DNA of 64,000 nucleotides from Eledone cirrhosa (lineage: Eukaryota). Position 1 is the stretch's first letter, and the number at the start of each line of letters is the position of its first letter. The notes beneath the pieces are model-generated. The model was not told the origin of the DNA. It made no database searches and saw only the letters and a list, made by a program, of their open reading frames with translations. Shown here piece by piece: positions 53,542-64,000 of the stretch. Where the stretch lies: the NCBI GenBank assembly GCA_964016885.1, contig OZ024743.1:56978001-57042000 (forward strand), written 5' to 3'. The translations under genes were made by a program, and so were the position numbers.

Positions 53542-54201
53542 AAGAGAATAATAAGAAGTAGAAAAAGAAAAAGAAGAAACAAGATTAAGAAGAAGAAAGA
53601 GAAAAAAGAAAAAAAAGAAGAAAAAAGAAGAAAAAAGAAAACGAAGAGAAGAAGAAAAAGAAAAAAAGAAGAAAAGAATAAGAAGAATAAGCAGAAGGTT
53701 TTAGATTACTGAATTGACTGACTTGACCTCAGTTAAGACAAAGGTGGATCGATAAAAAGTCGATCGAATCTGTTACATTTATGAGTATTGACTTGTTCAA
53801 CACAACCCAATAGGTTAGAGACCATTATTTCCGGGACTCTGTAATTATGAGAGGAAGACGCCGCCATATTTTTTGTTGTCCTTTGAAAAACAAAAATGAT
53901 ATAAAAATACAGACATGGCTGTGTGGTTAATTTTCTTGTCGTATGACATATGCATAATAGCTAGAGAGGCGCGCTAGACGAAGGTATCATTTGCAGCATT
54001 ATGGATTGCCTCCAGGGCGCCGGGAAAACGTCTGAGGGGGCTATCCTGAAATTTGTGTGGTTAGTGGTTTCACTACGCAAACACGTAGTTTCCGGTTCAC
54101 TTTCACTATGTGGTACTTTGAGAAAAGTCATATTCTGTGGCATTGGGTTGATCAATACATTGTGAGTGAAATTTGCTAGACAACAACTGTGTGGAAGCCC
54201 G

Positions 54202-54258
<57 letters not shown>

Positions 54259-54368
54259 AATATATCAACTAACATAGGCGCACAGATGCACATATATATA
54301 TATACATATATGAAAAGAGTCAGGACCCCAACGGCTGAGCTCCGGCCGTTTCGACTGCTAGATCCGAA

Positions 54369-54464
<96 letters not shown>

Positions 54465-54607
54465 AGGGTGGTGCTCGAGCATGGCCTCAGCCGGATGGCT
54501 GGAACAGGTAAAAAGAGTTATATATATATATATATATGAAAAGAGTCAGGACCCCGACGGCTGAGCTCCGGCCGTTTCAACAGCTACTTGATTTCTTACC
54601 ACACTAT

Positions 54608-54812
<205 letters not shown>

Positions 54813-55116
54813 AGAGTATTGAAGTTTGCTTGAAGCATTGTGGAATAATAGGTAAATATCTTTAAGTCGTTTGGAAGCCTCGACAATGCAAATGGGTAAA
54901 TCTCCGGGTAACAAGATCCGGTGGTGGAGAGATAGATGTATGTGGGTGTACGTTGAGATGCGTGGCGTGTATAAGACGTGTAGAGGAATGAAGGCAAGAG
55001 TATAAAGGATAAAATAAAAACAACAACACGAGAGAGAGTTACATTGGGAGAGATTTAATTGTCCCTATATATTTCGGATTCACATCCATCAACTGGGGTT
55101 TTTTTCCGGGGTGGAG

Positions 55117-55234
55117 GAAAGGTTGTCTGTCGGAAAGGTGCGAAACGCGTCCTCCGCTGTTTGATGTTTTGAATATTCAAAACAACAAACAGCGGAGGAC
55201 GCGTTTCGCACCTTTCCAACAGACAACCTTTCCC
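55117..55234. repeat. Near-perfect 118-bp palindrome centred on gaatattc
   Basis: ggaaaggttgtctgt..ggtgcgaaacgcgtcctccgctgttt...aaacagcggaggacgcgtttcgcacc..acagacaacctttcc. Confidence 0.9.
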
Positions 55235-55259
55235 CCACCGAGGCTTCCAAACGATTTAA

Positions 55260-55336
<77 letters not shown>

Positions 55337-55344
55337 TGTATATC

Positions 55345-55782
55345 TATCTATTTCTAGGGCGGGTAAAATTCCCGAGATCCATGGACGAGTTCTCTCCAGC
55401 GGTCTCTGTCCCTCATTATCTCTGCCATGTCCTGCGTCTCCAACAGACCAGTGTCTGTCCTTAGGGCATAAACATATGTTAACCTTGGTCTTCCTCGTCC
55501 AGTGTGTCCATGCAGGGGCTCCCACAGGAGCACTGAGTGCAGTGTCAACTCTGGATGTCGGTGAGCATGTCCAGCTAACCTCAGTCTCCTCTGTGTCACT
55601 TTTGAGCTGACTTTTGGGAGGCTCCCATACAGCTCTGAGTTTTTCATCCTCCGCGTATACTGATTAATGTTCAGAGCCATCCTCAGCATTCTCGTGTAGC
55701 ACCCATCCACCATATGAGTGAGTTTCTTGGTCAGTGTCCAAGTCTCAGACCCATACAGCAGCACAGACTCCACTTCAGCATG
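55345..55782 (-). mobile_element. RTE-clade LINE 3' fragment
   Basis: VESVLLYGSETWTLT, GCYTRMLRMALNI, RRLRLAGH, LLWEP.HG..GRGRP, followed by a short tagata tail. Confidence 0.8.
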
Positions 55783-55927
<145 letters not shown>

Positions 55928-56438
55928 GAATCGGCTGAAATGTTCATGGGCTGACCAAAATACTCTCATGCAATAACCAATATTTTTCAATATAGTCCCT
56001 GGATAGAAACAATGCAGTTATTAATGAAAAGAGATTGCGCGCTCTGAGTTCAAATCCCGCGTGCTCAACTTTGCTTTTCATTCATTTGAGGTCGATAAAA
56101 AAAGTACCAGTCCAGTACTGCGCTCGATTCTTCCTCTATAGGAAAAATCGTGTTCAGACCTGGAGAGGGTTGGGCTCCGCCAGGTTTAAATGTGCCCTTG
56201 ACGCACCGTATGATGGTGCCTCTACGACTCCACAAGGTGTTATGTTGTGTGTATATACATATATACTCACACATATATATAAATATATATAAGTACTTAG
56301 ATTAATAGGAGTTAGGTATTGTATACCTGTGTCCCATTAAGGTATTGGCAGCATAATAATTAGCTCTATGCTTTGGAGCAGAGCCGTATATATGATAAAG
56401 AACACAAGAGCGTCTACAACATCAAAAGATTTTTATTG

Positions 56439-56483
56439 GCTTACAATGTTTCTTCCTTACGTAACCGTAGGATTCTTCAGAGC
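56439..56483 (-). ncRNA. Hammerhead motif in the inverted pLTR
   Basis: Reverse complement of 59330-59374. Confidence 0.7.
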
Positions 56484-59329
56484 TATAAAAGGGGTTTGAT
56501 TGGTGTTATGGACTCTACCAACCAAACATTCAAGAACAAAGAGTTTAGAGAGTAAAGAGCAAAAGCAGGGGACGATAAGTCTAATTTTGGTGCGGGAGGG
56601 TGGGGTGTGGGCCCTTGTTTACTAGCTGTGGTCATATTCATTCCCGGGAGTCGAGTGGTTAGTGGAGCCATAGATGGGGTGGCGTCGATAGTAGGGTGCA
56701 GAGGGTGTGCAGAGGCTACACACACACAAAGGGCATACAATATATATATAACGGAGGAGAAAGTACACGAGGTAATTAGAAATGGGATAAGAGTAATAAT
56801 AATAATCTATAATTAATAATGTATAATAAGGCATGGGGAAGATTACACTATAATAAGGTATAAAAGTAAGAATAAGGTAAAATATAAAGGAGGATAAGAG
56901 TGAAAATAAGAATAAAGATAAAAAAAAAAATATATATAAAAAATATATAGAGAATATATAAAAAAATATAAGCAAGTATTAGAAGGGAAAAACACAATGT
57001 AAAAAAACCGATTTTGTTAAATAAAAATATTATAAATATGGGGGGAGAAAACGGGATAGAGAAATATAATCAAATGTGATTAGTTGAGAGAATATAAGAT
57101 GATAATAGTTATGTCCAGTTTATACATCTTAATAATAAATAATCTGTATATCACAGTTACACATCCTTCAATTCACTTGCAAGTTCAACCCACGTGGCAT
57201 GGTCCATTGCTCATCTGTGCGGTCATGTGCGTTTGTGTTTAAACCTAGCACATAGACGTAACATATATTACGCAACCCCCACCTAGACATACCCCCTCCT
57301 TGACTATAACTCCCCCCCCAACCCATAACCCAGATAGATAGGTAGCCTATGGGTGGAACAGTCCCCTACAAGGTTTGTGTTTGTGTGTGTGTGTGTGTGT
57401 ATTCTCCCTTTCTCTCACACACACGTACACACACACATATGTATGTATATGTGTGTGCATGTGTACATGCATGCATGCATGTGTGTGTATGTTGTATACA
57501 TATATATTGTATATATATATATATATGTATATTATATACATATATATTGTATGTGTGTGTATATATGATGTGTACATATATATGTATGTATGTGTGTGCA
57601 TATGTGTGTGTGTGTGTGTATGATATGTATATATGTGTGTATGTATATATATTTTTTCTGTAGAAGTCTTCTCTATATGTGGTGTTTGGCATGAATTCCT
57701 CCTATAATACTCTTCTTTGAGAGGAGCACGATATGTGGAGTAACACATATGTATTGTCGCAGTTGAAACTGAGAACCACCACCCCTCCTGCTGGCCCAAA
57801 TGTTTACTGAGGACCAGAACACCATTCTCCACAATATAAGAGAGGAATGCGCTTGCCGGACTATTGATGACCATAACATCACATTCCAAGGTAATGGCAA
57901 AACACAGTGAATGGTAAACACGACCTGAACACCACAACATGCACATCGGAGCAACAGAGATATAATATCAATAAGCGAATCAATTGAAATACATATAAAT
58001 ATGTGTCTGTGTGTATCGGACACACGTACACATGAAGAAACTGCTGACCTAAATGTACCTGTCATGCCTGTCTGAATTCCCAAGAAAATTTTCGGTCAGT
58101 TACTATCTTGACCGCTTACCCTCACAATTACCACGTAGCGGTTCTTGCACGTGACTGCTAGACCCGTATGAAACGAAGACGAAGAATTTCATTGCGTACC
58201 CTTTTGTACCACAGATGCGATCTCACTCTGCCTCGTTAATGTTCAATCAACACCAAAGTTCTACGTTCTGGGCAATAGAATTGAATCCAACCACCGACAA
58301 CATAGTTGGATGAGCGATAATCACACCAAACCGGAGTACTGTGATCCTTGTGATTTCGAGATATACAACCACTGATAGTGTAACGAAGACCAGAAAACCA
58401 TACTCCATAATATAGAACCAAGTGACTGATTTGTGCGGCCAAAATAACACCACACACATATTGGGTCGGCAATGAACTAGGAATATTGGATCCTCCGCCA
58501 ATGTCTGGGTGAGCAAAAATAGATTTCTATCTGCATTGGAATTTACGAACTTGTGCATCTGCTGTGGTGTCAAAAACAAACGCACGTGACCGCACAGATG
58601 AACAATGGACCATGTCACGTGGGTTGAACTTGCAAGTGAATTGAAGGATGTGTAACTCTGATATACAGATTATTTATTATTAAGATGTATAAACTTGACA
58701 TAACTATTATCATCTTATATTCTCTCAACTAATCACATTTGATTATATTTCTCTATCCCGTTTTCTCCCCCCATATTTATAATATTTTTATTTGACAAAA
58801 TCGGTTTTTTTACATTGTGTTTTTCCCTTCTAATACTTGCTTATATTTTTTTTATATATTCTCTATATATTTTTTATATATATATATTTTTTTATCTTTA
58901 TTCTTATTTTCACTCTTATCCTCCTTTATATTTTACCTTATTCTTACTTTTATACCTTATTATAGTGTAATCTTCCCCATGCCTTATTATACATTATTAA
59001 TTATAGATTATTATTATTACTCTTATCCCATTTCTAATTACCTCATGTACTTTCTCCTCCGTTATATATATATTGTATGCCCTTTGTGTGTGTGTAGCCT
59101 CTGCACACCCTCTGCACCCTACTATCGACGCCACCCCATCTATGGCTCCACTAACCACTCGACTCCCGGGAATGAATATGACCACAGCTAGTAAATAAGG
59201 ACCCACACCCCACCCTCCTGCACCAAAATTAGACTTATCGTCCCCTGCTTTTGCTCTTTACTCTCTAAACTCTTTGTTCTTGAATGTTTGGTTGGTAGAG
59301 TCCATAACACCAATCAAACCCCTTTTATA

Positions 59330-59374
59330 GCTCTGAAGAATCCTACGGTTACGTAAGGAAGAAACATTGTAAGC
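59330..59374 (+). ncRNA. Hammerhead motif in the 5' pLTR
   Basis: GCT CTGAAGA ATCCTACG-gtta-CGTAAGGAA GAAA CATTG TA AGC. Confidence 0.7.
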
Positions 59375-59597
59375 CAATAAAAATCTTTTGATGTTGTAGA
59401 CGCTCTTGTGTTCTTTATCATATATACGGCTCTGCTCCAAAGCATAGAGCTAATTATTATACTGCCAATACCTTAATGGGACACAGGTATACAATACCTA
59501 ACTCCTATTAACCTAAGTACTTCTACGGCTCCCCCCGGTTGAGCTAACTCCTTATAACCTGTCCACATTGTGTGTATGATTATAATTGATTGGCAGC

Positions 59598-62085
59598 ATG
59601 CTAACTAAAGACTACCTACCTATATCACTCAAGAACATCCCAACCCCATCCAGGACTACTTATGAGAAATTACTGATAGCTAGCGTCAACTCCTTCGTTA
59701 AGCGTATTAGATGGCGCACTTTCCACTTCGATAAGAGAAATAAGAAATCAACCACGGTGTCCCCCAATAATAAATTCGGTTTTAAAACCTATAGGAGCCC
59801 GCCCCATAACTCCATGCTAGATAGATTTGAGAATGATCTCCTATCACTAGTAAGGAATATTAAGTTTAAAAACCCCCATAGGAATAGCAACAAATTCCGG
59901 ATGAAACTGGAAACCTTAGTTAAGGGCTTTAACGATAAAAGAGATATCCTGGTCACCTCGGATAAAACCAGAAATATTTATAGCTTAAATTATGATACGT
60001 ATCGCAGGTTTATATACAATGAATTAAATAGAAACTATAAAAAGACAACAAGCGCCAACCTAGATGAAATTAATAAGGAAGCATGCGCCATAGTGGATAA
60101 ACTAGGCCTGGAAAAGTATACCCAACCATATACCCCTAGGCAACCCAGGTTCACCCTTAAAGACCATAAGGCTGACTTCATTAGTAAACCCTCTGTTAGA
60201 TTAATTAGCCCATCGAAGTCAGATATAGGGATTATCAGTAAGAAAATGTTAGAAGGCGTTATACCTACCATCAGGAGGAAAATAAATCTAGAGCTATGGG
60301 AGAATACGGAAGAGGTTTTGAAATGGTTCTCAAGCCTTAGCAACCATAAATCCCTTAAATTTATACAATTCGACATCGATGCGTACTACACCTCAATCTC
60401 CCCCATACTCCTTAATAAGGCCCTAATCATGGCCATGCAGAAAAGTGACCTCACTAGGTCCCAAATTGATGTCATTCTTGCGGCCCGGAAAACGATAATC
60501 ACATTTGAGGACGAATTGTGGACCCGCAAGAATACGCCCAATAACTTCGACATCACAATGGGATCTAGTGACTCTGCACAAGTAACGGACCTGGTAGGAT
60601 TGTACCTCTTAAAGGAGTTACATGAGACATTACCGCACCTGAAGGGCGGCTTATATCGTGATGACGCCCTCTTAACTCTCGAGTATAAAAAGTGCAATAT
60701 AGAAAGAACTAGGAAATAGTTGCGTAGGTTCTTTAAAAACTTTAATCTAAGTATTACCATAGATGCAAATGACAAAACAGTAAACTTCCTAGACGCCACC
60801 CTAGACCTAGAAACTAAAACATTTGCACCCTACCATAAACCTAATGATAGACTAACATATGTAAACGCCAGCTCCAACCACCCCAAATCAGTCCTAAATG
60901 CTATTCCCAAGGGGTCTCTAATAGAATTAGCAGACTGTCCTGTAATGAGAGTATCTTCAACTCCAATGCAGAGTATTATGACAAGGCCCTAGCAGAATCT
61001 GGTTACGGGAATAGATTATCATATATACATAAGGACTCCCAAACCATAAGTGTGAAACCTACCAACATAATCACACATAGTATGGCCACAAAGCCTAACC
61101 AACGTAGAGGCAAGAATAATAGTAAGAACCCCAATGGCGGTAACCCAGCTAAATGTAAAGCACGTAGAGACAATACTAGAGTCCCTCACCACAACTCTAA
61201 AGCAGCAAATGATCGTGCCATGAATATAAACCATCCGGGCATAAGCAAAACAGACAACGCCACTAACGTTAATAACGGAACCCTACAAAATAGTACGCAC
61301 AGTAATGAGACTCACCCCACAGATAAGAAAAATAGAAGAAGGAAAAACGTATTTTAACCCACCTTTTAACTCTGAGGTCCTCACTAACCTCCCCAGAGTA
61401 TTCTTCTCATTATTGGAAAAAAACTTCCCACCAGGCAATAGATATCGCAACATAATTAACAAAAACGTGATTAAATTATCCTATTCGACCACACCTAACC
61501 TCGCATCACACCTAGCACGCACGAACATTAGGAAAACTAGGGAAGGTTTCGAAACAATTAAAATGGCAGTTAACCACCAGCAACCGACTACACTGGAAAA
61601 TAGGCAACATAATAGCATCACTGAGCCATCTAATGATATAGCGGCACCTAGTGATAATGCTAGTAACCAAAGTTCGGGAGGTACGCTAACTGATCGAACC
61701 CGCAGTTGCAATTGTAGGCAGAGTATTAACTGTCCCCTAAAGGGGGCTTGCCTCTTGAAAAACATCGTATATGCATGTGACGTAACCACACACAACTCTA
61801 CCAAAACATATATAGGATCAACGTCCAATACATTTAAAACGAGATATAACGCGCATATGTGCACATTTAGACATGATAGACATAAGAATGCCACCTCACT
61901 GGCGGGATACATCTCCTTTAAAAAAAAATAATAATACCCCATACAAACATTTTTGGAGGAAGCTTACTAGATCCACGCCATACCGACCGCAGAGCGGGAG
62001 TTGTGACCTGTGTTTACTGGAATGCCATGCCATAATACACTCTAAACTGAACCTGCTTAACAGGAAATCGGTGGGGGTTGCGTAA
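59598..62085 (+). pseudogene. PLE RT + GIY-YIG polyprotein with an in-frame stop at 60717 and frameshifts near 60915, 61350 and 61925
   Basis: SLKNIP, SDKTRNIY, TLKDHK..F...P.VRLISP, FDIDAYY, FDITMGSSDSAQ, LYRDD, NFLDATLDL, YHKPND, FNPPF, CNCRQSINCPLKGAC, IVY...YIGST..FKTRY..H, CDLCLLE, LLNRKS. Confidence 0.9.
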
Positions 62086-62859
62086 TATATGTTACGTCTA
62101 TGTGCTATGTTTAAACACAAACGCACATGACCGCACAGATGAGCAATGGACCATGTCACGTGGGTTGAACTTGCAAGTGAATTGAAGGATGTGTAACTCT
62201 GATATACAGATTATTTATTATTAAGATGTATAAACTTGACATAACTATTATCATCTTATATTCTCTCAACTAATCACATTTGATTATATTTCTCTATCCC
62301 GTTTTCTCCCCCCATATTTATAATATTTTTATTTGACAAAATCGGTTTTTTTACATTGTGTTTTTCCCTTCTAATACTTGCTTATATTTTTTTTATATAT
62401 TCTCTATATATTTTTTATATATATATATTTTTTTATCTTTATTCTTATTTTCACTCTTATCCTCCTTTATATTTTACCTTATTCTTACTTTTATACCTTA
62501 TTATAGTGTAATCTTCCCCATGCCTTATTATACATTATTAATTATAGATTATTATTATTACTCTTATCCCATTTCTAATTACCTCATGTACTTTCTCCTC
62601 CGTTATATATATATTGTATGCCCTTTGTGTGTGTGTAGCCTCTGCACCCTACTATCGACGCCACCCCATCTATGGCTCCACTAACCACTCGACTCCCGGG
62701 AATGAATATGACCACAGCTAGTAAACAAGGACCCACACCCCACCCTCCCGCACCAAAATTAGACTTATCGTCCCCTGCTTTTGCTCTTTACTCTCTAAAC
62801 TCTTTGTTCTTGAATGTTTGGTTGGTAGAGTCCATAACACCAATCAAACCCCTTTTATA

Positions 62860-62904
62860 GCTCTGAAGAATCCTACGGTTACGTAAGGAAGAAACATTGT
62901 AAGC
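62860..62904 (+). ncRNA. Hammerhead motif in the 3' pLTR
   Basis: Identical to 59330-59374. Confidence 0.7.
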
Positions 62905-62991
62905 CAATAAAAATCTTTTGATGTTGTAGACGCTCTTGTGTTCTTTATCATATATAAATATATATATATATATACATATATATACATACAC

Positions 62992-63097
<106 letters not shown>

Positions 63098-63107
63098 TAT
63101 ATATATA

Positions 63108-63292
63108 ATTGTTTCTACTTTAGGCACAAGGCCAGCAATTACCCAGTGTATTACTGGTACTTTACTATATCGACGCCGTAAGGATGAAAGGCAAAGTTAA
63201 CCTCGGCGGGATTTGAACTCAGAATGGCAAGGGCCGTAACTCTATGCGCAAAAGCATGGCATCCGGCACTCTACCAATACTGCCAATCCACT
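63108..63292 (-). mobile_element. tRNA-derived SINE
   Basis: Same family as 1-407. Confidence 0.8.
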
Positions 63293-63311
63293 GTATTATA
63301 TATATATAATA

Positions 63312-63674
63312 CTAGCCGAATTATCCGCACGTTGCTGCGTTTCACACATTCTTTTGTAAGAAATTGATGATTGATTTTAAATCAGTGATATAATTGATGG
63401 AGAAAAACTCCATTAGGGTGTCGTAATATTACTGAAATTTTGTGAATAGGCATCATATCTTGTCATTTACCTGGGGTTTAAATTTCATATAAATCGAAGG
63501 GAAAACATTTTAAGCGGGGGTTTGTGCCCCCGGAGAATCCTTTGCTTATGAAATATACTTATCCAAGTACCCTGGGCAATGTAGTTTCAGAATATATATG
63601 GTTATGGCGGTCTATCTCCAAAACCATAGGAGGAGTTCGAGAACAGACAGGAACTACAACTTTATATATATAGA
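63312..63674 (-). mobile_element. Non-autonomous Helitron-like element
   Basis: The minus strand starts A|TCTATATATATAAAG and ends with a hairpin cgcagcaacgtgcg followed by CTAG|T. Confidence 0.6.
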
Positions 63675-63675
63675 T

Positions 63676-63708
<33 letters not shown>

Positions 63709-63717
63709 CATATATAT

Positions 63718-63760
<43 letters not shown>

Positions 63761-63832
63761 TATACACACACACACACACATATATATATACATATATATA
63801 CACACACATATACATATAAATATATACATATG

Positions 63833-63894
<62 letters not shown>

Positions 63895-63915
63895 TATATA
63901 CATATATATATATAC

Positions 63916-63961
<46 letters not shown>

Positions 63962-64000
63962 ATATATATACATATATCTATATACATATATATATATACA

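Larger units (their letters stand above)
56291..62955 (+). mobile_element. Near full-length Penelope-like element: inverted pLTR (56291-57283), spacer, pLTR (~58574-59522), ORF, pLTR (~62070-62955), (TA)n
   Basis: Three near-identical ~0.9-1 kb repeats, one inverted, each with a hammerhead. The RT and GIY-YIG ORF lies between the two direct copies. Confidence 0.9.

Noticed and set aside
57347-58618. ORFs in the PLE spacer as a host gene
   Set aside because: No recognisable domain. The ORFs run into microsatellite or pLTR sequence.
60717-60719. In-frame stop in the PLE RT as programmed recoding (selenocysteine or readthrough)
   Set aside because: The codon is TAG, not TGA, and the ORF has several other frameshifts, so decay is the simpler explanation.

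Overview
AT-rich, microsatellite-dense eukaryotic repeat DNA with no host gene I can support. The SINE family and microsatellite style suggest an octopus-like mollusc, which is an inference only. Main contents: (i) an 8.5-22.3 kb stack of R4/Dong-type non-LTR retrotransposons (RT + restriction-like endonuclease) joined through (TAA)n/(GAA)n tracts, one with an uninterrupted 1216-aa ORF, plus an oppositely oriented Tx1-type element lacking its APE endonuclease; (ii) a ~13 kb 65-bp satellite with nested higher-order duplications, a degenerate left edge and one TTAGGG in nearly every monomer; (iii) many Penelope-like element (PLE) pieces inserted in (TA)n tracts as direct and inverted pseudo-LTRs, including a near full-length RT/GIY-YIG copy at 56-63 kb; (iv) SINEs, mariner MITEs, Helitron ends and RTE/APE fragments. 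The most interesting signal is about 13 hammerhead-ribozyme motifs from about 8 unrelated sequence families, folded by eye. They include a U3:A8 compensatory core variant and a recurrent mismatch at the base of stem II. Most short ORFs in the track are microsatellite translation artefacts.
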